A DNA stretch of 59,602 nucleotides, taken from assembly GCA_016618085.1 (NCBI GenBank), contig JABLTG010000131.1, positions 1 to 59,602 of the forward strand, given 5' to 3'. Under the pieces are notes generated by a model. The model saw only the letters and a list, made by a program, of their open reading frames with translations, was not told where the DNA came from and made no database searches. Position numbers and translations under genes: made by a program. Origin of the DNA: Neovahlkampfia damariscottae (taxonomy: Eukaryota). Below, in pieces: positions 46,974-59,353 of the stretch. Position 1 is the stretch's first letter. Each line of letters starts with the position of its first letter.

Positions 46974-48462
46974 ATGAGTTTCAACAAAAAACGAGGTTCA
47001 ATTCTTGATGGATTATTCTTGTCACTCTCTGACAGCGATTTTTTTAATGTAGAAGAAGTTGAAAAAGTTGAAACAGTTCCTCAAATTATTGAATCAACTT
47101 CAGTTTCTTTTCCTTTCCAAAATCAAAAAAGATGGGAGTGCGTTGTTGGAATTTTAAAAACCGTTAAAATACATGAATTTAATCAATTGCAGGTAAAAAG
47201 AAATTATTTATTTCAAGACTGTTCTTAGTATGATCAATGGAGCAACAACTGATTTGGAAATTTTTGAATTGTATGAAAATCTCTCCACAGAAAAAGAAAA
47301 AAAAGTTTTTTATGAAAGGATTATACCTTTTATGGTTGAATTAATCTTAAAAACACCTACTTTATTTCCAGAAGATATTCCATTATCAAAACAATCAAAA
47401 TGTAAAGAATCAATTTTTTAACATGTTTTTTTCAGCATATTCAATTAGTCTCAGCAGAGAACAATGTGCTTGTATATTATCTAATTCATTTTTTTGCACT
47501 TTTGATAAAATATCTGAACCTTCAACTTGGACACAGGATCAACTGTCATCAATCAATTTTGATGAATTATTTGACATTGCACTCAGTTCGAAGGTCAAAG
47601 TGGAAAAAATAAGAATGATTATCAATTACTTTGACAGAATATCTCAAAAATGTAAGATAGTTCCCTTTCAATTTTTGTTAATATTTCACCAGTACCTCAA
47701 GGAAATATTGTCTTCGAAAGAAAATTTATTTGTGATAATCCTTCATTAACTAACAATTCAAAGAAACTGAAATGCATCAAAATTGTTGATAAAGGAGAGT
47801 TAGAAGATGATTTAGATTCTTTAAAAGTCAACTCTGGATCTGCTTTTTTTGGTGGAACTTGTTTAAGTTTCGGAAAAGAAAAAGAAGAAATTCTCTATTG
47901 TATTCACCCAGAACTAATTTGTTCAAGATTATTCTTTCAAAGATTATTACATAATGAAGTATTGAAAATATCTGGTTATGAAAGATTTTCGAGTTACAAA
48001 GAAATCAAGGATGGCTTTGAATTCAAAAATAATTTCATTGATGAAAATGTTGAATCTAATGAAATGGTAATGATGGATCCATTGGTATTAATTGGAAAAG
48101 AAAAATCACAATGGAAGAAAATTAAAATTGATCGAGAAATTCATAAATCTTATATTGCATTTGAAGATAACAAACAAAGTTGGATATCTACTTTAAATTG
48201 GGGAGAAAATGTAAAAGGGGATCCGGAATTAAAGGCTGTGATTCAAATTATATCCTCAGTTCATTCAGATCAAAAGTTAATTTATCATGTGAAAAATGAC
48301 TCATTTGAAAAGAAATTAAAGATATTTTGTGATTTTTTAATTTCCAAAGAAATTCCAATGGACAAACTTTATTTGGAATTGATTCAATATTCAAATTTGG
48401 ATAAAATTTTAATAGAACAATACGGTTCTGTATTTAAATATTTGATGAAGAAATTAAAATGA
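46974..48462 (+). CDS. poly(ADP-ribose) glycohydrolase-like protein (degenerate motifs)
   Basis: LSREQCACILSNSFFCTF, INFDELF, INYFDR, GGTCLSFGKEKEEILYCIHPELICSRLF, ISGYERFSSY, IDREIHKSYIAF, NWG...GDPELK; three short introns. Confidence 0.85.
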
Positions 48463-48589
48463 AAAAAAGAAAATGAATAAAATAGTTCATAGTTCGTTGA
48501 AAAATTGAACATCTTGACCAATTTTTTTTTGTTGATCTGATACTTCATTGGTTTTTGACAGTCAAAAATTTGTCGGAAAAACAAACTTA

Positions 48590-48817
48590 AGATCTATGTC
48601 TTATTTTTGAGAAACGGTGTTTGAGTCAGGGTCATTTCTATTTTTAAAATCATTTGATAGAGTTCACAATAATTAAGAAATGAATATCAATATCAGTTTC
48701 TTATAGAATTATACTCATTAAACGACGATTGTATAATTTACACCTTGTAGTTTTTATTGCTTTTGATCTGAACCAATCGCAAGATGAAGAAGATAGTTCA
48801 GCTGTGGATCTGTTTTT
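48590..48817 (+). ncRNA. candidate structured non-coding RNA of unknown family
   Basis: Closing helix 48590-98/48803-11, at least five internal helices, CCAAT/TTGAC motifs upstream, T5 downstream, no ORF. Confidence 0.5.
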
Positions 48818-48850
48818 GATTTGAAAAAATAAAGTTTATTTTATATTTGT

Positions 48851-50148
48851 TTACCATTCAAATGCAGATTCTTTTTTTTTGACATCTTCATAAGAAATGC
48901 TATTTGGAGAATAAAATTGTGAATACCATTTTCTAAATGATGCAATTCTACCATCACCTTGACATAACATTGGTTTCTCTCTGAATATTTTATTTGACCA
49001 AATATCCTGAGAAATTTGTTAATGAAAAATTCAATTTTCTTACCATATCTTTTGATACTTGGAATGTAATATTAAAAAGAAAAATCTTTGAAATGAATCT
49101 AGGGATTTTCCAATCAGCAAAAATGATATGATCCATTCTTGTGTAATATGGTCGAATTGGAGTAACAGTTTCATATAATTCAATTTTTCCGATTGGTGTG
49201 TGAAAATTGTAATGAACAATACCAGGACCATGTTGATTGATATGAGCAACAACATTTGAAAATGGAATTGATAATAATCCTAAAATTGAAGCTTGTTGAT
49301 TCACTTGAATTCTGGAAACATGTTTTTTATCTTTTTCCATTTCATGCCATTCTGCACTCCAATGATGTTTTAAAATGGATCCAAAAATAGATCCATCAGA
49401 ATGTACAACATTTAAATGAGCTGAATCTGGACCATTTTCATGAAGATCCTAGTGATGAATTTGTGTTAATTTTGTTTTTTTTTACTTGAGGATGAGCACG
49501 AATATATTGTGCTGAACGTCCATGTCTTATAAATTTACCTTCATCAACTTCTTTAATATGATGTGGAAACCAAGTTGGTTCTTCATTTTCAGCATGATAC
49601 CAAACCATAATTAATTGATTTTGTTCTACACTCTTCCAAACTTTTGTTTTTGCATTTTCAGGTATTTTAGCACCTTCTTTATTGTATGGAATATCAACAC
49701 ATTTTCCATTTTGATCGAATTTCCATGCATGAAAAGGGCAACTAATACAGTTATCTTTGACAACACCACCATAAGCTAAATTTGCTCCTAAATGTGGACA
49801 ATATGCATCCATAACTGTGACTTTACCATTTTCACCTCGAAATATAACAAAATGTTCACCTAAAGCTTCAACATAAATGGCTTTTTTAACATCAACTTCA
49901 AAGGAATATGCCAAGCGAAACCATCCATTTGGAAAAGGAGGTGGAGCATCTCCGGTTCTTCTTTTGTGTTTTAAGTACTCTTTGTCAACGTCTTGATGAA
50001 CAATCATCTCAGAAAATAATGAATCATAAATAACTTTGAGCAAAGGTAATGTCAATAAAACTGAAATTATTTTGAATGCCAAAGGATGATATTCTGGACC
50101 ATAAAAATAAGCAGGTAAGATTCCTAGTAAATAATAGAGTTCTTTCAT
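48851..50148 (-). CDS. Rieske cholesterol 7-desaturase (Neverland/DAF-36 family)
   Basis: N-terminal TM, PPPFPNGWF, Rieske CPHLGANL...CPFHAW, mononuclear Fe motif ENGPDSAHLNVVH, FRKWYSQFYS; two short introns. Confidence 0.88.
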
Positions 50149-50331
50149 CTTGATATCTAATAGTTCGGTTGCTTTCGGAGAAAAAAACAATTAATCCAAT
50201 GAAAAAATTTCGGAAAAACTTTCTTTTTCACTAGATTTGGAATTTTTTTGAAAAACCATTTTTTTGACGAAAAAGCAAAAAACTGTTTGACTCATCATTT
50301 AACCAATCAACTCCAATTTTAAAAGCCAATC

Positions 50332-51077
50332 ATGAATAACTTACTTGTTTTTGTTGTGCTCACACTTTTCGTTGCTTCTTTGAATGCTTTGGCAGCATCT
50401 TCTGCGTCTTCAGGGACCTTATCTAGAGGCTGTGGTGATGGAGTACCAAATCTTAACGCCATTTACAAAAGAACTTTGACATGTAATAATTATGGTAAAT
50501 TCTATGTTTTATTTATTTTTAATAGGAGTTTGTGTACTTGCATCAACCTCAAAAAGAACTATCACTGAAGAATTTGGTCAATGTTATGTGCAATGTGCGC
50601 TTGATAGAGGAGAAAATTGTTACCGCAGAGGAAAGTTCAGAACCATTTACTTCAAGGCATCTAGTCAACAAGAATTTGATTCCAAACTTGTTCCATTTCT
50701 CAAGTACGTACTTTTTAAATTTAATGTTTTTCAGTTCTTTGAACAAAGGAAAAATCTCACCTTGTGCTTACGTGGCAGAAAGAATGAAAGAAGTTTCACC
50801 ACAATCCTACTTTCAATTTCAAAATACACTCAACACAAGAACACCTTGTGAAGTAAATATTAAAACAAAGAAAGTATGTAAAAACAATTATTCAAGAGCA
50901 AAACCTATCCGTCACTTGACCACAACATTAGGGGGTAAAACTTGTGACCACAAGTTCGTTAAATATTTGAAATACAAAGGAAATTCACCACTCATAACAT
51001 ACTCAAAATATGTCAAAAGTAAATTCAAAAATAGCTTGGAAGTAGATTTAGAATATGATGTTGAGTCATTTGAATAA
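50332..51077 (+). CDS. secreted Cys-containing hypothetical protein
   Basis: Signal peptide; introns ~50495-50526 and 50704-50734 join three ORF pieces in frame. Confidence 0.7.
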
Positions 51078-51105
51078 ACATTTTTCAACCAATTTTTTTA
51101 TTTTT

Positions 51106-53835
51106 TTATTCAAAATAAACATTTTCTTCTTCTAAATCTTGGTTTTCATGAAGTTCTTCTTCTCTTTCAATTTGTTGATTCACAACTGATGATTTTTTCC
51201 AAGTTTTATATTTATAAATAGCAAAGATAGAAATACTTGAAAACAAAACGATCAAAATCAATCCAAACATAACATAACTCATTATATCAAGTAAAAATGT
51301 GTAAGAAAATAAGACAAATGGGACTTTACAATCATCAAGAAATTCAAAATCTTCACTGGTAATCACTAAAGCATATTTTTGTGGTCCAATTGGAATATGT
51401 GATCCCTTGACTAAAATAGCAATTGTTTGACCAGCTTTTACATTTTTAAGTTCAATTTGTTCAGCTGTATTTCTGTCATCCATTCTATTATTTCCAAAAT
51501 GTTCATGATCATCATAAGCTAATAAATCTAAATTGTTGACCAAAGAAATCGAAGCACTTGTTGTTGCAGGAGGATCTGTCCAAACTAATGTTATTTTAAT
51601 TGGTCCATTGTTTTTAACTTTAACACAGTATTTGTCATTTTGACCGTTGGATATTTCTTTTCTATCTTTTACAAATAGTTTGAATTTTGATTCTGGAAAT
51701 TTAAGTACATTTTGAAGTGTTAATAATCCATATCCACTCCATAGATTTGGATATGTTTCAGCTGCAAGTTGATGAAGAGTACCTTTGTAATCATAATTTA
51801 CAACACCATTTAAAGGTGAACCAGAATGAATTATTGCTCCTCTGAGTAAAGCACTTGAAGGTGCTTTCATTTCATCTTCTTTTTTTGCTGTTCCAGATGG
51901 GTAAAATCCCCTTCTAAAATATTCTCTCACTAAAGCAGCATTTCCACTTACAACTGGAGTTGCCATACTTGTTCCTCTCATTGTCAGAACAGAGGCATTG
52001 TTATTATCATTTGGTTGTCCAACTCCACATTGAAATGAATCAATAATACCATCTGAATGAGTACTTTGAACTTGATAACCAGGAGCAACAATTTCAGGTT
52101 TAAATCGTCCATCAAAAGTTGGTCCTCTTCCTGAAAAGAATGATAAATTATTTTCATTGAAATTTTTTGTATTTTTGTACAATTCTTTGATAACAGATGG
52201 ACAACATGCTTCTCTGACTCGTTTTTGATATGAAGGATCACTTGATGTAAATGCACAACATTCATCAGTGGATGAAATTTTGAGCAATTTGAAATAAACT
52301 GAAAAGTCTGTGTGATCAATTGCATCAATGAAATTTTGATTTGAAGTGTGAGATGCTCCAACTGACAAACAATTCTTACAAGTTGCAGGAGAAGCAATAG
52401 TTGAATCATGTGAAAAATGACCAATATTTCCAGCAGCAAAAATAATCAAAAAATCATCATGATTGTATGCAAATCTATCAACTTCTAATGTTTGTTGAGA
52501 ATATTGATTGCAATATTTGCAACAACTTGCTCCCAATGTACTTACACACCATTCTTCAGTGGCAGGTGATCCTTTCACAATTCCAAGTTGAGGAATGTCT
52601 ACAGTGAACACACAATTACAATCATATTGACAATTAACAGGAAAACTACAACCCCAAGAATTTGAATGAATTCTGGCACCACCACTATATGGTATTGGAA
52701 AATATCCATCATCCAATGTTTCTGGTAAAATTAAAGCAGGATCTGCACCCATTAAATCAGTAAAAAGTAATTTTGCATTGTATGCCATTCCATTATAGGG
52801 TTTTAATTTTTCAACAGTTGATGGATTATCATATTCAACACTTCCTGCAATCGATCCACTTGTATGTGTTCCATGTCCTGATGCGTAATCTTTTGTATCA
52901 GTTTTTTCCATTTTTCCATTTCTAAAAACTGAAACTTGATAATATCCAACTATTTTTCTATGACGATGATCAATTTTATTTATTGGTAATGGAATATTTT
53001 TGTCATGAAAAAAACACCTTTGAAAATGATTAATTTTATAATTTACTTACATATCCCAATCAATTCCTGTATCACCAATTCCAACAATTTCATCTTTTCC
53101 TATTGTTGAAATTTTTATTTTTTATTTTTTATTATTACCAGTGATTCCATGATCCCAAATTGGTGTATTTTTTTGTTGAAATGGAATACCTGATTGTGTT
53201 ATGGAATGAGCAGCAAAGTTATTTGTTGTATATTCTTCTTTTAATTCAATCCAATGAACTAATTCATCTTTTTTGAAATAATTTAAAACATCATTTGAAT
53301 GTTCAGGTGAAACTTCAATTGCATATTTTTGATTTGTAACTTTTCTAATTTCATTTGATTTTTCATTTAATAAACGTTTCCAATTTTCAAATTTATGTTC
53401 TGCGTTTTGATTTGTCATTACATAAAAAGTAATTTTGTCTGTATTTTTTTTTTCTGATTTTAAATTTGAAAAGTTTAATAATGTTTTATATTCAGGGTCA
53501 AAGTGACCTATCCATTTAATTTCTTTTGAGTCTTGTCTTTTTTTCAAAATTTCGGAACCTTTTCCAAATACAACGAATCCATTGTCTGGAATATAATGAA
53601 GTACTTTGAGTTTTAATTTATTTTCAACTCCTTTGATATCCTGTTTTTCATGAAATTGAATAAGAAATTGTCGTTCTTCTTCAATTTCCAAATTTTCATT
53701 TATTTTTTGTAAATGTTCAAAAGAAAACTGTTTTTCTTTTGTTGTATCAATGATTTTCTTTTTTAAATGAATTTTACTTTGACATAAAATAAATAAAAGA
53801 AAAAAGAAAAGGAAGAGTAGTTTGTTCTTCATCAT
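51106..53835 (-). CDS. membrane-anchored subtilisin (S8, KP-43/TagC-like)
   Basis: Signal peptide and prodomain; triad VGIGDTGID, GHGTHTSGS, GTSMATP; TLVWTD; C-terminal TM; two short introns. Confidence 0.92.
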
Positions 53836-54018
53836 TGTTCTTCTTTTTTTGACCAATAAGAATAATTAGAAGGTTGGAGTTGATGTTAGAATTGGGATGG
53901 ATTTTTCTTCTTCTCTTTTGGAGATAAACCTACTCAACAATAAAGATAGAGTTATTGGAAATATTTGATTTGATTCAATTCACATGAGATACTTTTGATT
54001 CGTCAACCAAAACTGGAG

Positions 54019-55438
54019 ATGAATTTTTTCAAACCGATTTTTCTTCTTCTTTGGATTTATTTTTCTGTAAATGCAGTTATTATTCATATTTGCCCAAGAA
54101 ATAGATTCTTTTTTGAACTAAAACCACAACAATGTTATGCAAACACTTTGGAGAAAAAATTGTTCATTAAGTTAAATATTGAAGAAACAAACACTCACGA
54201 TTTAGTTTTGAAATTTTGGTTAAATAATTATGAAAAATTGAAAGGAAAAAAGTTCACAATTTTGCACATTGACTCTCGTAAGTCATTCATTTTTAAACAT
54301 GAAACAAAGATGCTGATATTGACATTGTTTCTGAGATGAATAAGAAAAATATTTTAACATCAAGTTGGTATAAATTAAAGAAATACTATGGAATTACAAT
54401 TTCAAATTTCATGAGTCCAATGCTATACAGTAGGAACAATTTACATTTACTTTTTTTTTTGAAAAGTGGGTTTGGTTGAAAGAGTAATTTGGTTGACAAC
54501 AAAAGAAGATTTTAATAATGATCAATTTGTCATTGGAAATTTAAAAAATTCGAATTTGGTTAAAACTAATTCATCAAATTTATTTATTGGAGATGATAGA
54601 AGATTAAGAATTGAAGAACAATTTGGAAATATTCAAAACCATGTAATTTAATAATTTTAACACTTTAATTCAGATGGAGTTTGTGGTTATGAAAATTGAA
54701 GATTTGAAGAAATTGAATTTCACACTGGAACCTTCAAAAACGTTATTGGACATTGATTATGATTATTTTTCAACAAGTAGTCCTTTAGTAGATGCACTAG
54801 TGAAAAGGTTTAAAAATAAAGCACAAGTCAAAAATGTAGTTTCCATTTTCAATGATGAAAAATATTGCACATCAAAAATGAAACATTTATCAACAAACGA
54901 AAAGAGTATCATTGATGTTCTTCAGATTCCAACATTCCAAAATTCAAAAGAACAAAATGATGATTTTTTGATTAATCGAATTTTATTTTCTTTATTATAT
55001 CAATGCTTTCATGGAAAGAAAAAAAGATGGAAAGATTTTGTAAAATGCACGAAAATTCCCACCAAATTGTGGTGCAAGGGAGAAGAAGATGCTTTGAGAA
55101 AACAAAAACTATTTAAGAAATATATGGATTATATGATTGAAGAAGAAGAAGAAGATGAAGAAGAGGATATTGATGATTTATTATTCGAAGCAAGTTCTGC
55201 ATCATGTTTAAGAGAATTCTCAAATTCTTTACAAAATATTAGAAAAGATAAAAATGAATTGAAACAATTTCTAAATCAAATTGGTTTGAAATCACCTCCT
55301 GCTTTTATTTCACTGGCTCAAAGTGTAAATTGTGGTCATACACCAAAGCATTTAGTGGAGTTTATAAAATATGAAATATATCAATTATTGGATGAGTTGT
55401 ACATTGATAATATTACAATTGTAAAAAAAAATGAATAA
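54019..55438 (+). CDS. UPF0489 (C5orf22-like) family protein with hydrophobic N-terminus
   Basis: Spliced ILHIDSHADI, LLDIDYDYFST, ISLAQSVNCGHTP. Confidence 0.7.
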
Positions 55439-55494
55439 AGAATATTTTAATTAATTCTGATTGGGACTTTGGTTTTTCCAATCAGAATTTATTG

Positions 55495-57391
55495 ATGACC
55501 CAGCAACTGCTGCTGTTGTTGTTGGTTCTCTTTTTTCATACAACAAAAACTCAAGAATTTAAAGCTCTGGATTGTCTTCTTTGGGAAAATTCATATGTCG
55601 CTATTGATGTGCAAAAAGTTACAAATGCTGAAGATGTTTTAATTTTTTCTGTTCGCTCAAGACAACAACAAGGATGGATGAGCATTGGATTTTTTTCCAA
55701 ACCAAATAATTTTGAAGATTCCATTAGTGTTGTTGCTTTTTTACCAAATAATTTTATACAATTAACAAATCACACAAATCAAGTTCAACAGAAAATTATT
55801 TTTGACCAAACTTTTCAAAAAAGAGATTTATATCTTATTGATGGAGTATTTGCTTTTTCTTTTAAGATTAATTCAAGTCATATAACAAACAAAAATTTTA
55901 TAATGTTCGCTCAACAGAAAAGTTTAAATCCAACTATAGTCAATGAAACAACAATAATACCAAGGCATCAAAGTATAAGTGGATATCAATATTTTAACAG
56001 GAATAACTCAAAATCAATTCCAATTTGTATACCAGAATTAAATTTGTCAGGTAGAATTGTTTCACAACATTATATTGGATTTATATTAGGTTTATGTGGT
56101 TATATTTTGTTAGGAATACTTTATTTAGTTTTTAGAAAACAACAACCGTTCAAGAGTAGATTTATTGGTCCATTTGTTGTTTTGATATCATTGACAATAA
56201 GTTTGACAATTGAACATTTCATTGTTGTTATATCATTTGAGAAGCATAGTCCAATATTTTGTTTCACTGTACCTTATATATCATTTGGAAGTCTACAAGT
56301 AGCGTAAGATTTGAAAATATTAATGTCAAATCAGATTGATCGTTCCATTTTTCATTTTGTTTCGGTATATTCTTTTGTTGCAAATTCAATTTCACAAGAA
56401 GAAACTTCGAAAAAATATGAGAAGTAAAGAAAATATGAACAAAGAAATAATCACCCAATTTCAAAAGAACTTCAATAGAATGATAAAAATAATTTCATCT
56501 CATTGGTTTTTATTGACAATGGCAACAATTTGGATTGCATCATTCTATGTGATTTTAACTTTAATTTATATGATATTTGGATTTCAATGTACATTGGATA
56601 CATACTTTTATATGAGTGGATTACATTTAATTTACCTTCTTGCTGTTTTCGGGTTAGAGTTTATTTTAATTTCAATTGATTTCATTTTAAATGTACCATT
56701 GATTATCAAATGTAGATTTAAACAAATTTTATGGGATGAAGATCCATTTCATTACCGACTTGAACTAATTGGAATGATTTTCCTTTTTCCACCAACAATC
56801 ATTTGGTTTTTTGGTGACATCCCTCAATATTTTGATTCAGTTGTAGCAGAATATAGTGTATTCATTGGCCTATGGATTGCAGGATTGCAAGTTCTTTTGA
56901 TTACCATTGTAAAAACTATTTATTATTTTTTTCGTGGTTTGAAAAAGAAATCAAATGATAAAGAGGTTTTAATGATCAATGATATGATAGATGATGATGT
57001 TTTGGATCCTTTTATTGAATTCTGTGAAAGTGAATGGTCAACGGAAAATATTTTAGCAAAATTAGATATTGTCGAATATAGAAATTTAAAGAGTGACAAA
57101 GAAAGAGAAATACTTTGCAAAACAATGAAAGAAAGATATTTAATAGTGAATAAATCACCATTAGAGTTAAACTGTCAATCAAATGCATTGAACAAAGTTG
57201 TGGAGCGTATTGATGCTGGAAATTTTGATGATAACTTATTTGATGGATTAGAAACAAATATTGACTTGAATTTATCAGATACTATTTCTAGATTTCAATT
57301 TTCATCAATGTATTATGCTTTTTTGAAAGATAAAACTGAAGAAAATGATGCATTGTCATTTTCGAGATCATCCAAAAAATTGACAAAATAA
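55495..57391 (+). CDS. DOMON-like + multi-pass TM (7TM-like) + RGS protein
   Basis: Signal peptide; GWMSIGF DOMON-like motif; QPFKSR; about 7 hydrophobic helices; RGS FIEFCESEWSTENI...SPLELNC...LFD...NLSDTISRF; intron ~56304-56334. Confidence 0.8.
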
Positions 57392-57440
57392 ATTTATTGG
57401 ACATTCTATGTTTTTATCAACCAATCAAACCCAAACCCAC

Positions 57441-58552
57441 ATGAAACAAGAAGAAGAAAGACTGTTACCAACGAAACATTTTTTGGTTCTTCTTCATGGA
57501 TTACATGGTAGTTATACAGATTATTCAAATCTTGTTTCTATTTTAAAAGAAAAGAAAGATTTAGATTTAACAATATTCTCTCCTTCTTCAGGTAAAATTA
57601 AAAATTAAAATAAAAAAAAAAGTTGATGGAACTAAATCAGCAGAAGGTATTTCAAAATGTGGAAATTTATTATCAAAAGAAATTGAAGAATTTATTGACA
57701 CAAAAATAAAAGAACCTCATACTTTTTCGATAGTAACCAAAAACAAAAATTAAAAAAAAGATGGGACATTCTTTAGGAGGTCTTTTTGCACGGTATTGCA
57801 TCAAACAATTATTTTCGAAACCTAAAATCAAAGATTTATTGATACCTTTAAGTTATTATTCAATTGTAACACCTCATTTAGGTGTTAGGCGACCTTCAAA
57901 TGAAAATTTATTCAAGAATATTTTTTCTTATGGTGTACATGCTTATTGTAACTATAGTGGATACTCACAACAAGAATTGATTATTGAAGATGAAAAGAAG
58001 ATATTATTTACTTTATGTGAAGATGAATTTATTTCAATTTTAAAGTTGTTTAAATATAAAACATTGATATCAATTCCAAATGGTGATTATATTGTTCCAT
58101 TTTGTTCAAGTTCAATTCGATTTTCAACTCCTTTTTCGAAAATTGAAAAAAATAAAATTGAAAAAATTGAAATTAAACAAATTGGTTTTTCCAACTTTAA
58201 AGAAGATAAATATGTTGATTTGTTGAAGGATTTAAAAGAAATTCAAGAGGAAGAAGTTGGAGAATTTAAAGGCATTTCAATAAATAAATCTGAATATTCT
58301 GATGAAAAGAAAACATTTTCTACTTTTAAACAATTGTTTGAAAAGTTGGATGAAATTGATTGGAGAAGATTATATATTCAACCCCAAATTTATTCAACAA
58401 CAAATTATTTTAAAAGAGGAGTGATTGTTCATAATTTAATTATTTCAAATATTGTTGATGAAATGTCAAAATATGAACAGGAATATCAATCAGTTTCTTA
58501 CAAATCATTATATTTTCTATCAGATTTAATTCAATTAGATTTAAAAATGTAA
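57441..58552 (+). CDS. DUF676 alpha/beta-hydrolase (putative lipase)
   Basis: LVLLHGLHGS, GHSLGGL nucleophile elbow, TPHLG, GDYIVP; two short introns. Confidence 0.88.
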
Positions 58553-59353
58553 ACCTTTGTTTAGGTTGATACAACCTTCTCAATTCAAAGTGTCCAAACA
58601 GCTTCTGAATTTTGATCAATAAAAACGCTGTATTCATAAAATTTTAATGTGCACCATGCAAAGTTTATTTTTTATTTGTTGCAAAAGGTTGTTCTTTTTA
58701 TGTATTTTTCTAGTTTTTGAATCAAGTTGAAACTTTTTTTTCGTCTCCTTCAATTTTCTGATTTCATTTATTCTCCGAGGAGTATTCAAAGTATACCGGA
58801 GTATCAAAAATTTGGCCAAGGAGTATACTCTACTCCTGAATGCACTGGAACTTTGTATCTTCAAACCTATCACCTTTTTGATCCGACTATTTTCTCAAAA
58901 AATAATAATAAGTTTTAAATTTAATTGTAAACAAAAATCAGGAATTTCCAACACATGTGTTAGAATAGTATGTCTTCTGGAAAACCGACATTTTGTTCAC
59001 ATTACTCCAAAAAAGAAAATCTTCCAAGAAGAATTTATTTTATTCTAGTTCCTAGACCCTGAACCTTAGGAACAAGGTTATTAATAAGAAATTTTTTGAA
59101 ATATCTTTCAGGGGACCATCCATGTTACCCAGCGTCAACCCTTCAAAATTTTTTCTGCTCTTTTTTCTTCCTCTGATTCATCTCGTACCTCATGAATTAT
59201 TGATTGATTTTCTTGTTGTAAATCTCTGCTTTCAATCAGTAAATAATTATAAAATTTTTCACCACCTTTTCTTCACATATCTTCAAAAATTTGTAACCTA
59301 ACTATATTTTAAAGTCTTCTCCTTCAAAAAAATATGAAAAATTGGTTTTCTAT

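Noticed and set aside
57427..57438. AAACCCAAACCC as a telomerase RNA template or internal telomere
   Set aside because: Only two units, in a ~50-nt gap just before an ATG, with no room for a structured RNA.
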